From contig JASHUJ010000075.1 in the NCBI GenBank assembly GCA_030040035.1, positions 1-60,954 of the forward strand: a stretch of 60,954 nucleotides of DNA, read 5' to 3'. Within the stretch, counting starts at the first letter, position 1, and the number at the start of each line of letters is the position of its first letter. This stretch comes from Thermoplasmata archaeon. Lineage in GTDB: Archaea > Thermoplasmatota > Thermoplasmata > Lutacidiplasmatales > UBA184. The notes beneath the pieces are model-generated. The model was not told where the DNA came from. It made no database searches and saw nothing but the letters and a program-made list of their open reading frames with translations. This document shows, piece after piece, positions 1-9,524 of the stretch. Made by a program: the position numbers and the translations under genes.

Positions 1-106
1 CGATCGTGTCGTGACGGACTGCCCCTCGGTCCCGCAGCTGCCCGGGTCGCGGGGTCGGGACCGACGCCGGGGAGCGTGGAGGGGCGGCCGGGGCGGACAC
101 GCGAAG

Positions 107-544
107 CTACTCTCCTGCCCGAGGCACCGGAGGGATGTGCAGTCGTCGGTGCTGGATCATGATGCAGGAGTTCTCGAAGACCGTCATCCCGGCAGCCCGC
201 GCCTGCGCCGCGGCCGCCGCATGCCCGACGCCGAGCTGCATCCAGACGACCGGGGCCCGGCGGGCGATCGCCTCGTCGACGATCGGCGGGACCTGGTCGC
301 TGCGACGGAAGACGTCGACGATATCGACCAGGACGTCCGGAGGGATCGCGGCGAGCCGGGGGAACGACGTCTCGCCCAGCACCTCCGGGACCCGCGGGTT
401 GACCGGCACGATCCGATAGCCCTGCGACCGAAGGTACCGGGCGACCGCATTCGAGTCGCGTTCGGGCTTGTCGGAGAGGCCGACGATCGCGATCGTGCGT
501 GCGGTCGTCAGGATCCGGCGGAGCACTTCGTCGGTCCCGTCCAT
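107..544 (-). CDS. CoA-binding domain protein (YccU/YneT-like)
   Basis: Part of ORF 107..610. An internal ATG at 544 gives MDGTDEVLRRILTTARTIAIVGLSDKPERDSNAVARYL...VPVNP...VDVFR, the typical CoA_binding_2 pattern. Confidence 0.75.
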   Translation of the reverse strand: MDGTDEVLRRILTTARTIAIVGLSDKPERDSNAVARYLRSQGYRIVPVNPRVPEVLGETSFPRLAAIPPDVLVDIVDVFRRSDQVPPIVDEAIARRAPVVWMQLGVGHAAAAAQARAAGMTVFENSCIMIQHRRLHIPPVPRAGE

Positions 545-644
545 GGGACCGCCGCACAGCCGTCGGCCAGATGATTCTGACGCCCTCCGTGGGGGGGGGT
601 TCAACCTCATTAGCTCCCGTTCCCCGACCGTCCCGAGGAGGGGG

Positions 645-1031
645 ATGTACCTCGACTACGTCGGCCTACGCGTCACGAACCTCGCGCGGGCGATCCGATT
701 CGTGACCAAGGGGCTCGGTCTCGAGGAGGTCCGCCGCGGCCGGATGGGCCACGGCGGGGTCTGGGTCCTCTACATGGACCGGGTCTCCCGTCAGTACCTG
801 GAGCTCAACTGGTACCCCCGACGCTCGCGCTACGCGACGCCGTTCGTGCCCGGGGAAGGGCTCGATCATCTGGGCTTCCGGGTGAACGATCTGAAGTCCG
901 CCGGGCGCCGGCTGATCGCCGCGGGCGCCCGGAAGGTCGACGAGATCCGGTATCGCGGGAAGGTCGTCCTCGAGTTCTACGAGGGGCCCGACGGCCTCTG
1001 GGTCGAGCTCATCCTGACCCCGTCGAGCTAG
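645..1031 (+). CDS. VOC/glyoxalase-family protein
   Basis: ATG at 645 is preceded by gaggaggggg. MYLDYVGLRVTNLARAIRFVTKGLGL...GLDHLGFRVNDL...GPDGLWVELI is a glyoxalase/bleomycin-resistance fold pattern. Confidence 0.7.
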   Translation: MYLDYVGLRVTNLARAIRFVTKGLGLEEVRRGRMGHGGVWVLYMDRVSRQYLELNWYPRRSRYATPFVPGEGLDHLGFRVNDLKSAGRRLIAAGARKVDEIRYRGKVVLEFYEGPDGLWVELILTPSS

Positions 1032-1912
1032 GTCGCCCCGGCTGGCGGCCCGGGCCCGGGAACTGCGTCCGGCCAGGGCGGCGGGGTCGTGATCGAGGCG
1101 GGGGCGCTCGACCCCTGGGCGTAGACGATCCCGGCGATGGCGAGGCCGATCAGGATGACCAGGTAGTGGAGCACGACGCCGAGCTCGAGGGAGACGAGCG
1201 TCAGGAAGGCGGTCGCGTCGTTCGCCCCGTGCAGGAGCGCGGGTACCACCAGGTTTCCGCCGGAGAAGCGATACGTCGCGGCCAGCGCGAACCCGAGCAG
1301 GTACAGTGTCGGGAAGATGAGCGGGTAGGCCGCCCCGTACGTCGTGCCGTAGTAGAGGTGCACGCCGGCGAAGACCGCGCTCGTCCACGTCGCGGGGCCG
1401 AGCCACGAGCCCGGCCGGTCCCGCCAGTAGCCGAAGATCCACCCCCGGAAGATCGTCTCCTCGAACGCGCCGACGATGAAGGAGAAGCCGACCCAGAACC
1501 ACGGGTTCCCTTTCGCCTGTTCGAGGGCCGGGTTCGGCTTGTTGAGGAGCCCGAGGGCCGAGGGATCGACGACCGCGTAGACGACGGCGAGCCCGATCAC
1601 GATGACGAGGGCGAGCGCGCTCATGAGGCCGAACCATCGGAGCCCCTGCACCGACGCGAGCTCCAGGTTCCGGTCCCAGTTCCGCAGCGGCCGGCCCCCG
1701 ACGAGCAGCGCGAACGCGATGACCGGTAGACCGTAGACGACGAAGAGGTCCCCCGGCAGGTTGTCGTAGAGCGCCTGCGCCGCGGGCACCGACTGGGGAA
1801 CGAAGTACTGGCTGAGGATCACGAAGACCGTGATCGCGACCCCGAGGGCGTAGCGCGGGACGGACGCCGGGCCCGCGGCTCGATCCGGCTGGGCCGCGGA
1901 GATCGCCGGCAC
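1028..1912 (-). CDS. CPBP-family intramembrane metalloprotease (CAAX protease/Abi-like)
   Basis: Multi-TM protein with the EETIFRGW and LLHGANDA motifs (EExxxR ... HxxxN/D). Confidence 0.8.
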   Translation of the reverse strand: MPAISAAQPDRAAGPASVPRYALGVAITVFVILSQYFVPQSVPAAQALYDNLPGDLFVVYGLPVIAFALLVGGRPLRNWDRNLELASVQGLRWFGLMSALALVIVIGLAVVYAVVDPSALGLLNKPNPALEQAKGNPWFWVGFSFIVGAFEETIFRGWIFGYWRDRPGSWLGPATWTSAVFAGVHLYYGTTYGAAYPLIFPTLYLLGFALAATYRFSGGNLVVPALLHGANDATAFLTLVSLELGVVLHYLVILIGLAIAGIVYAQGSSAPASITTPPPWPDAVPGPGPPAGAT

Positions 1913-1932
1913 GAGGGACCGAGCGGTCTCCG

Positions 1933-2190
1933 CTACTTAGCGGCCGTCCGGGCCGGCGGCGCGGTCGCCGCGTCGTCGGCCCGCGCCGATCGCTCGGCCG
2001 CCTGGAGGCACGCGAGCAGGTCCTCGAGCGTGGCGCGCGCGCTCGCGGCCGACGGAGCGCGGAGGCGGATGACGAGATCGGAGCCCTCGGTCGTCACGTC
2101 GACGTAGGAGGGGTTGTCGGCGGCCACCGCGGCCCGGAGCCGGGTCGCTTCCGCGGGGTCCCGGCCGCGCCGTCGGACGAGCACGGTCAC
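1933..2190 (-). CDS. Pcc1-like KEOPS subunit (small, 85 aa)
   Basis: GTG at 2190 overlaps the upstream stop as GTGA. TVLVRRRGRDPAEATRLRAAVAADNP...LVIRLRAPSAASARATLEDLLACLQAAE resembles the Pcc1/CTAG fold pattern. The assignment is by eye only. Confidence 0.45.
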   Translation of the reverse strand: MTVLVRRRGRDPAEATRLRAAVAADNPSYVDVTTEGSDLVIRLRAPSAASARATLEDLLACLQAAERSARADDAATAPPARTAAK

Positions 2191-3191
2191 TTCGACGGGG
2201 ACGTCCGCTTCTCGGCCGGCGGGGATCGAGCACCTCCTGGAGGCGCGCCGGCCCCGGGACCCCGGTCGAGCGCGTGGGGCACGATCGGGGCGGTCTGCGT
2301 CCGGCGCGCGACCTCCGCGGCGGCCCGCTCGCGCAAGTACTCGACGATCGAGGGCCAGACCCGTCCGTCGTCCCGCTCCCGGTTCTCGAAATTGTGCTCC
2401 CCGATGAAGCGATGGAACGCCGCGGCGCTCGCCGCGTCCCACGCGCCGGTCAGTCGGCCGGTGTAGTATCCGAGGATGCTGAGGTCGTGCTGCATCCCCC
2501 GGGCGACGTCCCCGGCGATCGGGACGAGGCGCGCCGGATCCTCCCGGTCGAGCATCGTCATGTCGTAGAGGTGGAAGACGCGCCGCAGTTCCTCGATCGG
2601 AGAGGGGTGATCGTCGACCCGCACGTCGATCCACCGGTCGTTCCGACCCCCGTATCCTCCCCCGGCGCGGACCGCGAGCAGGGCCGCCGACTGCATCCCG
2701 CGCCGATCGCCTCCCTCCCGCTGGCCGGCCGCGAGCGCGGCCAGCATCCGGTCGATCAGGTCGCCGCCCGTGGACTCGTACGTGCGGGCCATCGCGCGCA
2801 CGACGCTCGGGCCGAAGAGGATGTTCCCCTGGCAGGCGAACCCTTCCCCGACCTCGTGCCCCGCCCACTCCATGCACTTCGGCCCCGTGAACGCGGCCGC
2901 CCCGCCCCGGGCGTCGACCACCCCGAGCTGGCGCTCGTCCCGCCCGGAATCCGCCGCGGTGAGCCGTCGGACGACCTCGGGCGCGTCGTGGCCGGCCCGC
3001 AGGAGCGCGAGCCCTTCGGACCCGTACGCCGCGTTCGCGAGCGCCTGCGTCGCGATCGCCCCGACCCCGGCCTCCGCGTAGGGGACCACCGCGCCGACCG
3101 AGATGAACTTCGACTGGACCGCGACGGCCCACGTCGCGCTCGCGGGCTCCGCCGCGACGATCGAGAACGTGCCGAACCGCGGGACGCCCAT
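2187..3191 (-). CDS. DUF1028 (Ntn-hydrolase-like) protein with C-terminal peptidoglycan-binding-like domain
   Basis: Start MGVPRFGTFSIVAAEP (ATG at 3191) is the classic DUF1028 N-terminus. The C-terminus ILGYYTGRLTGAWDAASAAAFHRFIGEHNFENR is PG_binding-like. It is the 3' third of track ORF 2187..4970. Confidence 0.75.
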   Translation of the reverse strand: MGVPRFGTFSIVAAEPASATWAVAVQSKFISVGAVVPYAEAGVGAIATQALANAAYGSEGLALLRAGHDAPEVVRRLTAADSGRDERQLGVVDARGGAAAFTGPKCMEWAGHEVGEGFACQGNILFGPSVVRAMARTYESTGGDLIDRMLAALAAGQREGGDRRGMQSAALLAVRAGGGYGGRNDRWIDVRVDDHPSPIEELRRVFHLYDMTMLDREDPARLVPIAGDVARGMQHDLSILGYYTGRLTGAWDAASAAAFHRFIGEHNFENRERDDGRVWPSIVEYLRERAAAEVARRTQTAPIVPHALDRGPGAGAPPGGARSPPAEKRTSPSK

Positions 3192-3250
3192 CGGGGGCCG
3201 GACGCGGGCCGGGGGTTTAACGGCTCGGCCGCCGGCGGCGGAACCCTGCG

Positions 3251-3610
3251 TCACGGGATCTCGCCCGGCGCGGTCGAACGGTGATCGGCTCCGGGAGAGA
3301 TCTCCCCGATCCGGCCGAGGAGGCGGTCCACGAGGCGCGTCGCCCGGGCCCGGTCGTGCGCGGCGAACGCCGCCTCGGCCGCCCGCAGGTCCGCGAGCTC
3401 GCGATCGACCGTGGCGCCGCGAGCCCGCAACACTCCGAGGAGTCGGGCGGCGAGCGCGAGGCGATTCGCCGTTCGGTCCTCCTCGACGTCCGGGCTTCCT
3501 TCGGGCGCGCCGTCCGGAACATAGCTCACGAGTCCCCGGGGCCACTGGGTGACCTCCCCCTCGCCGCGCTCGACGCGACGCCGCGACCGGGCGGGGCCCT
3601 CGTCCGTCAC
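3251..3610 (-). CDS. hypothetical protein
   Basis: 119-aa ORF co-directional with its neighbours. It has helical Arg/Ala-rich content and no recognisable motif. Confidence 0.3.
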   Translation of the reverse strand: MTDEGPARSRRRVERGEGEVTQWPRGLVSYVPDGAPEGSPDVEEDRTANRLALAARLLGVLRARGATVDRELADLRAAEAAFAAHDRARATRLVDRLLGRIGEISPGADHRSTAPGEIP

Positions 3611-3616
3611 GCGCGC

Positions 3617-4255
3617 CTAGGCTCCCTCGGCGTCCGCCGGGGGAGCGGCGGCCGGCGCCGCGCGCACCGGAGCGCCGTGCGGGAGGGGACAGCGCTCGCG
3701 AACGGCGGACCAGATCGCGTCGATCCGCTCGTAGAAGGCGCCCGACGGCCCCTCCGTGCCGAGCAGCGTCTTGGCCTCCTCGAGCCGCGGGGCGAGGTCC
3801 CCGGCCGCGAGGCCGTGCGCCGCGGCCCAATCGAGCGAGCCGGCGGCGAGCGCGAGCTGGTCTTCGGCCGCCCGGCGGGCTCGACGCGCCTCCTTCTCGG
3901 GGCCCGGGAGGGCGTGGTCCGGGTCCCAGTGCGGGGGCATCGGGGCCGGGATCGGAACGCGCAACCGGCGGAACGGCTCGGGGAGGCTCGGCCAGCGCGG
4001 CTCCGCGAGCCGCACGGAGAGCTGATCGAGCGCGGTCGCGCACGCCGAATAGTCGCCCGTCGCGAACGCCTTTTCGGCGCGGTCGAACGGGCCCAAGAGA
4101 TCCGGGTTGGGGGCCCCCTTCCAGAGATCGAGCAGCAGCGCGATGCGCGACGGCGCGAGGCGTCGCAGGTCCTTCTGGAGCGGCGACTCGGGAACGGACG
4201 GCGGGGGCGGGGCCTCGGGGGGGGCCTCGGGAGGACGGTTCGGGGCGCCGGGCAT
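3617..4255 (-). CDS. hypothetical protein (Pro-rich N-terminus, helical body)
   Basis: 212-aa ORF directly downstream of GGR. Its composition is less shadow-like than the alternative frames, and I recognise no family. Confidence 0.4.
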   Translation of the reverse strand: MPGAPNRPPEAPPEAPPPPSVPESPLQKDLRRLAPSRIALLLDLWKGAPNPDLLGPFDRAEKAFATGDYSACATALDQLSVRLAEPRWPSLPEPFRRLRVPIPAPMPPHWDPDHALPGPEKEARRARRAAEDQLALAAGSLDWAAAHGLAAGDLAPRLEEAKTLLGTEGPSGAFYERIDAIWSAVRERCPLPHGAPVRAAPAAAPPADAEGA

Positions 4256-4276
4256 CGTCGTCCGAGGTCGAGGCGC

Positions 4277-5464
4277 CTAGAGGAACGCCTCGAACTCCTT
4301 CGTGACCTCGGGGTACTTGTCGCGGACCGCCCGCAGGATGTTGTGGACGCTCAATTTCTCGAGCCGGACCCCCGAGAGGGCGTCGATGATCTTGTCGAAC
4401 GTCGCGTCGCTCAGCGTCACGAGCTTCTCCTTGGCGAGCCAGTTGCGGTAGAGCTTCTCCTCGAGGCGGACGCGCCAGCCCTTCTCGTACTTCTGGAGGA
4501 ACTCCTTCGAGGCGTCGCCCGAGAGGACGGCCTCGGCGGCGACGGTGCCGCAGATCTTCCCGGCGATGCACCCGTTCGCGATCCCGCCGCCGGTGAGCGG
4601 GTCGATCATCCGCGCGGCGTCCCCGACGAGCATGATGCCGTCGGCGACCGTCTGCTTGAGCGGGGGCGAGATGGAGACGCCGCCTCCGACCATGTCGATC
4701 TTCTTGCCTTTCGCGTAGCCGGGGTGGTGCTCGATCCACCGGTCGAGGTAGGTCCGGGCGTCCGCCGGGTTCTCGACCTGGCTCACCTGGACGCCGATCC
4801 CCACGTTCGCGAGGCCGTCGGCCTTGGGGAAGACCCAGACGTAGCCACCGGGCGCGACCTTCCCGAGGAAGAAATCGCAGTACCGGGCGTCGCAGTCGAC
4901 GTTCGTCATCCGGTACTGGAGGCACGTATCCATGTCGCGGACCGCGATGTTCGTGGGCAGGCCCGCCCACCGGCCGATCTGGCTCTCGAAGCCGTCGGCC
5001 CCGATCGTCACGGGGGCCCGGACCTCGTACGTCTGGCCGAACTCCTTCACCTTCGCGCCGACGATGCGGCCGCCGTCCTTCAGGAGCGCGACCGCGGCGG
5101 TCTTGAGCTTGACCTCGACGCCCGCGTTCGCGGCGTCGATCGCGAGCTGCTTATCGAACTCGTCCCGCTCGACGACGTAGCCGACCTCGTTGCCGGCGTG
5201 CTTCTCGTTGATCTCGAACACCTTCTCGCTCGGCGAGAAGATGCGCGCGCCCTCGACCTCCACGTTGATCCAGCGGCCGGGGGTGATCCCGACCTCGGGC
5301 AGCCAGTCCTTGCTCATGCCCTCCCCGCATCGGACCGGGCTTCCGATCTCCTGCCGCTTCTCGAGCAGGAGGACCCGGGCGCCGGCCTTCGCGGCCCACT
5401 TCGCCGTCATGCTGCCCGCGGGTCCGCCGCCGATCACCAGGACATCCGTCTTCAGATCGGGCAT
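4277..5464 (-). CDS. geranylgeranyl reductase family protein (digeranylgeranylglycerophospholipid reductase-like)
   Basis: MPDLKTDVLVIGGGPAGSMTAKWAAKAGARVLLLEKRQEIGSPVRCGEG, LVGDAARMIDPLTGGGI. ATG at 5464. Confidence 0.9.
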   Translation of the reverse strand: MPDLKTDVLVIGGGPAGSMTAKWAAKAGARVLLLEKRQEIGSPVRCGEGMSKDWLPEVGITPGRWINVEVEGARIFSPSEKVFEINEKHAGNEVGYVVERDEFDKQLAIDAANAGVEVKLKTAAVALLKDGGRIVGAKVKEFGQTYEVRAPVTIGADGFESQIGRWAGLPTNIAVRDMDTCLQYRMTNVDCDARYCDFFLGKVAPGGYVWVFPKADGLANVGIGVQVSQVENPADARTYLDRWIEHHPGYAKGKKIDMVGGGVSISPPLKQTVADGIMLVGDAARMIDPLTGGGIANGCIAGKICGTVAAEAVLSGDASKEFLQKYEKGWRVRLEEKLYRNWLAKEKLVTLSDATFDKIIDALSGVRLEKLSVHNILRAVRDKYPEVTKEFEAFL

Positions 5465-5487
5465 CGTTCCTCCGTGCTTCGGTCCCT

Positions 5488-5679
5488 TCAGTCGATCTCG
5501 ATCGCGCCCACCGGACAGGCCTTCACGCAGATCTCGCACCGGGTGCAGACCTTCTCGTCGAACGTGATCCGGGTCTCATCGAGGTAGATGCAGTTGAGCG
5601 GGCAGATGCCGACGCACGCCCCGCAGTAGATGCAGAGCTGGCCGGACGACTCGATATGGAGGCTCTTCTTGCTCGCCAC
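5488..5679 (-). CDS. 2x[4Fe-4S] ferredoxin
   Basis: 63 aa with two clusters: CIYCGACVGICP and CTRCEICVKACP. Confidence 0.85.
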   Translation of the reverse strand: MASKKSLHIESSGQLCIYCGACVGICPLNCIYLDETRITFDEKVCTRCEICVKACPVGAIEID

Positions 5680-5740
5680 GGCGCCTCGGCTGCGACGGAC
5701 CCGGGCGGTATAAAAGGGCTCCTCGAGCGGCGCGGGCCGC

Positions 5741-6703
5741 TCACGAGGCGGGCGGGACGTGGACCGCGGGCGCGCGCGCCGCCAGCCAGCGCTCCGCGTC
5801 GATCGCGGCCATGCAGCCGGAGCCGGCGGCGCTGACGGCCTGCCGGTAGTGGCGGTCCTGCACGTCCCCCGCGGCGAAGACCCCCTCCACGCTCGTGCGG
5901 GTGTGATCGTGGACCTTCACGTAGCCGTCCCGGTCGAGGTCGAGGACCCCCCGGAAGACCTCGGTCGAGGGCACGTGGCCGATCGCCACGAAGAGGCCGC
6001 CGACCTTGAGCTCGCGCGTCGAGCCGTCCTTCACGTGGCGCACCCGGACCCCTTCGACCGAGTCCCGGCCCAGGACCTCGACGACCTCCGAATCGAGGAC
6101 GAACGAGATCTTCGGGTGGGCCCGGGCCCGGGCCGCCATGATCGGGCTCGCGCGCAGCGAGTCGCGCCGGTGGACGATCGTCACGTGCGTCGCGAAGTTG
6201 GTGAGGAAGAGGGCCTCCTCCATCGCGGTATCCCCGCCGCCGACGACGACGAGCTCGCGGCCCTTGAAGAAGAACCCGTCGCACGTCGCGCACGCCGAGA
6301 TGCCGTGGCCCATGAGCCGCTTCTCCGACGGCAGGTCGAGCCAGCGCGCGTTCGCCCCGGTCGCGACGATCACGGCGTCGGCGAGGTAGGTACCCTGCGT
6401 ACCGGTCTCGACGCGCAGCGGGGTCCGGGTGAAGTCGACCCGGGTGGCGTTGTCGTCGACGAATTCCGCCCCGAACCGCTCCGCCTGGCGGCGCATCCGG
6501 TCGATGAGCTCCGGCCCCTGCACCCCCTCCGGGAACCCGGGGTAGTTCTCGACGTCCGTCGTGATCAAGAGCTGGCCCCCGGCGGGCACGCCGGCGATCA
6601 CCACGGGCCTCAACTCGGCCCGCGCCGCGTAGAGCGCGGCCGTGAGACCGGCGGCGCCGCTGCCCAGGATCAGCAGTCGCACCGCGCGAGGTTCGGGTGC
6701 CAT
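5741..6703 (-). CDS. trxB: thioredoxin-disulfide reductase
   Basis: [17 protein letters not shown], redox-active [16 protein letters not shown]...[15 protein letters not shown]. Confidence 0.9.
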   Translation of the reverse strand: MAPEPRAVRLLILGSGAAGLTAALYAARAELRPVVIAGVPAGGQLLITTDVENYPGFPEGVQGPELIDRMRRQAERFGAEFVDDNATRVDFTRTPLRVETGTQGTYLADAVIVATGANARWLDLPSEKRLMGHGISACATCDGFFFKGRELVVVGGGDTAMEEALFLTNFATHVTIVHRRDSLRASPIMAARARAHPKISFVLDSEVVEVLGRDSVEGVRVRHVKDGSTRELKVGGLFVAIGHVPSTEVFRGVLDLDRDGYVKVHDHTRTSVEGVFAAGDVQDRHYRQAVSAAGSGCMAAIDAERWLAARAPAVHVPPAS

Positions 6704-6760
6704 CGTAGATTCGAGTCGGCGAGGGATTAAAACGGAGCCCCCGCCGCGCGCGAGGGGCGC

Positions 6761-7288
6761 TCAGCGCCGACCGGCCGGGAGGCGGAGCCGGTCGGGCGCC
6801 TCGGCCTCCGAGTAGGCGGACCGGAAGAACAGGAGCGGAAGTCCGTCGCGGCCGGTCTCTTGGTGGTCGACCTCCCCGACCAGGAGGATGTGATCGCTCA
6901 CCGCCCATCGCGCCGCGACCTGGCATTCGAGCCCCCCCAAGGTGCCGTCGAGCAGCGGGGTCCCGCCCGGGGCCCGGTGGAACGCGAGCTCCCGGAACTT
7001 CGCTTCGGACGGCTCGTTGCGGGCGAACCGCTCGCTCAGCGCTCGCTGGTCCGCCGCGAGGAGGCTCACCCCGAATCGGCCCGAGCGCGCGATGACGGGA
7101 AGCGTATCGACGTCCCGGGCGAGGCTCACGAGGACGCTCGGTGGGGCGAGCGACACCGAAAGGAACCCGTTCACGGTGAGCCCCGCATCGTCCCGCCCCT
7201 CGTGGGCCGTGACGACCGAGACGCCCGTCGCCCAGCGTCCCATCAGCCGACGGAACTCCTCGGGGCTCGGGGCGCTCGCAGGGGCCAT
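6761..7288 (-). CDS. flavin reductase-like (FMN-binding split barrel) protein
   Basis: FRRLMGRWATGVSVVTA...GLTVNGFLSVSLAPPSVLVSL pattern. Confidence 0.8.
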   Translation of the reverse strand: MAPASAPSPEEFRRLMGRWATGVSVVTAHEGRDDAGLTVNGFLSVSLAPPSVLVSLARDVDTLPVIARSGRFGVSLLAADQRALSERFARNEPSEAKFRELAFHRAPGGTPLLDGTLGGLECQVAARWAVSDHILLVGEVDHQETGRDGLPLLFFRSAYSEAEAPDRLRLPAGRR

Positions 7289-7291
7289 CGC

Positions 7292-8413
7292 TCACTCATC
7301 CCGCCACTTGAACAGGCGGACGGCCAGCGCGAAGACGACGAGGCCGGCGACGAGGACCACCGCGAGGTCCGCGAGGGCGCGGGACATGTTCGCGAAGAGC
7401 ATCACCTGGTTCATCCCGTCGATCACGTAGTACAGCGGGAGGACGTGGGCGAACGTCTGGAGGTACGGCGGGAAGCTCGACACGGTGAAGAACGTCCCCG
7501 AGAGGAACATCATCGGGAACGTGATGATGTTCCCGATGAGCGCCGCACTCTCGGGGGTCTTCGCGACCGTGCCGGCGAGCATGCCCAGCGAGACGAAGAA
7601 GAACGGCCCGACGATCAGGAACGGGACGAGGCCCAGCGTGAGCGCGACGTGCGCCGAGAACAGGTAGACGCCGGCGCCGATCATGATGCCCGCCGTGACG
7701 AACGTGAGGGCCACGTACCACGTGATCCGGGAGAGGAGCCACTCGGCCCGGGTGAGCGGCGTCAGCGACAGCTCCCGGAAGATCCCGTCCTTGCGGTACG
7801 ACGAGGCGATGTCGACCATCGAGAACATCGGGCTCGTGAGGATCGAGAACCCGATCAGGCCCGGGATCAGGTAGTCGATGTACGTGTAGACCTGGCTCCC
7901 CACGTTCTCGCTCGTGTAGCCGATCACGGGAGCGCAGACGGACCCGGAGCAGGCGCGGGCGAGGTTGAAGCCGTTCGCCACGCCCTGCACCGCCCCGAGC
8001 ACCGTGCCGGAGGACGCGGCGTCCGAGGGGTTCGTGAAGACGGTCAGGTTCGTCGGGGTCCCGTTCCGATAGTTCGCCGCGAAGCCGTCCGGCACGATGA
8101 GGCCGACCGGATCGTCGTTCTTCCCGAGCCACGAGGCGAAGTTCGACGGCGAGACGGTCGTGTCGGAGACGACGTTGACCTTCACGACGCTCGTGTTGTT
8201 CAGCGCGGCGAGGAACTCGCGGCTGACGGGGGAGTTGTGGTCGAGATTGAGCACCTCGACGGTCACGGGCCCGCTCCCGGTCGCCGAGAAGATGAGACCG
8301 AAGAGCGCGATGAGGATGATCGGGAAGATCAGGGAGAAGAACAGCGCGACCGGATTGCGGAGGTAGCTCCGCATGACGACTCGGAAGTCGGCGGCCACGT
8401 GCCGGAAGTTCAT
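7292..8413 (-). CDS. ABC-2 type transporter permease
   Basis: MNFRHVAADFRVVMRSYLRNPVALFFSLIFPIILIALFG. Large extracytoplasmic loop followed by 5 TM helices. ATGA overlap with the ATPase gene. Confidence 0.8.
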   Translation of the reverse strand: MNFRHVAADFRVVMRSYLRNPVALFFSLIFPIILIALFGLIFSATGSGPVTVEVLNLDHNSPVSREFLAALNNTSVVKVNVVSDTTVSPSNFASWLGKNDDPVGLIVPDGFAANYRNGTPTNLTVFTNPSDAASSGTVLGAVQGVANGFNLARACSGSVCAPVIGYTSENVGSQVYTYIDYLIPGLIGFSILTSPMFSMVDIASSYRKDGIFRELSLTPLTRAEWLLSRITWYVALTFVTAGIMIGAGVYLFSAHVALTLGLVPFLIVGPFFFVSLGMLAGTVAKTPESAALIGNIITFPMMFLSGTFFTVSSFPPYLQTFAHVLPLYYVIDGMNQVMLFANMSRALADLAVVLVAGLVVFALAVRLFKWRDE

Positions 8414-9378
8414 CGAGGGGTCTCCTGCTTGAGCGCCCCATCGTCCATCTGCCCGACGAGCCGGACGAAGACGTCCTCCAGGGTGTCCCGCGACGTCTGG
8501 AACGAGTCCCACGGCAGACCGCTCGCTTCGATCGCGCCGAGGATCTTGAGCGCGTCCGACTTATCCGCCAGCTCGACGGACACCCGGCCGTTCTCGACCG
8601 CCACGGGGCGGTCCAGGTGCTGCTCGAGGTACGTCGCGAGCTCGGGCGGCCCCGCGACTTCGATCCGCTCGGGGCGGCCGTTCGCGCGGATGATCTCGGC
8701 CGGCGTGCCGGCCGCGATGATCTTGCCGTGGTGGATGATCGCGACCCGGTCCGCCAACAGCTCGGCCTCCTCGAGGTAGTGGGTCGTCAGGAACACCGTG
8801 CGACCCTCCCCCTTCAGGCTCCGGATGACCGCCCAGATCGCCCGGCGTGCGTGGGGATCGAGACCGGTCGTCGGCTCGTCGAGGAAGCAGATCTCGGGAT
8901 TGTTCGTGAGCGCGAGGGCGAGTCCGAGCTTCTGCTTCTGCCCGCCCGAGAGCGTGTCAAAGCGCGCGTCGATCTTGTCCAGCAATTCTACTTGGGCCAG
9001 GAGCCGCGCCGGGTCGACGTCCGTGTGGAACAGCGCCCGATAGTACTCGATCGCCTCCCGGGCCGTGATTTTCTCGAAGAATCGGAAGTCCTGGGGGATC
9101 ACGCCGATGCGCCGGTGGAGGGCCGCCCCATCGGTCCAGGGATCGAGCCCGAGCACCTCGACGTCCCCCGACGTCCGGCGCCGTAGCCCCTCGAGGATCT
9201 CGGTGGTTGTCGTCTTCCCGGCGCCGTTGGGCCCGAGGAACGAGAAGACCGTACCGGCCGGGACCGAGAAATCGATCCCGCCCACCGCGGAGAGGTTCCC
9301 GTACTGCTTCACCAGGCCGTGAACCTCGATGGCGGCGCTCACGGGGCCCGGGTAGGAAAGGAAGATATGAAGCCTCAC
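8410..9378 (-). CDS. ABC transporter ATP-binding protein
   Basis: Walker A GPNGAGKTTT, signature LSGGQKQKL, Walker B ICFLDEPTTGLD. The true start may be the GTG at 9342 (VSAAIEVHGL). Confidence 0.9.
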   Translation of the reverse strand: MRLHIFLSYPGPVSAAIEVHGLVKQYGNLSAVGGIDFSVPAGTVFSFLGPNGAGKTTTTEILEGLRRRTSGDVEVLGLDPWTDGAALHRRIGVIPQDFRFFEKITAREAIEYYRALFHTDVDPARLLAQVELLDKIDARFDTLSGGQKQKLGLALALTNNPEICFLDEPTTGLDPHARRAIWAVIRSLKGEGRTVFLTTHYLEEAELLADRVAIIHHGKIIAAGTPAEIIRANGRPERIEVAGPPELATYLEQHLDRPVAVENGRVSVELADKSDALKILGAIEASGLPWDSFQTSRDTLEDVFVRLVGQMDDGALKQETPR

Positions 9379-9524
9379 GCGCGCGAGAACGTCGCACGGT
9401 CCGCCGGCGTCCGAGGCCGATGGGCGCGCGACGCCGGTTGCTCGGGGCGAGCCGTGGTTACGCCCTCCGCAAGCCCGATCGGCGGGCGAAGTGATTTATC
9501 GGGGCACCCCACCCCCGCGCCGTC

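Noticed and set aside
2187-4970. 927-aa ORF in the track that looks like one giant gene.
   Set aside because: Only the last 334 codons (from MGVPRFGTFSIVA) have a real family signature (DUF1028). The upstream part is Arg/Pro/Gly-rich. It runs in alternative frames across the GGR gene and two other ORFs, which is typical high-GC read-through.
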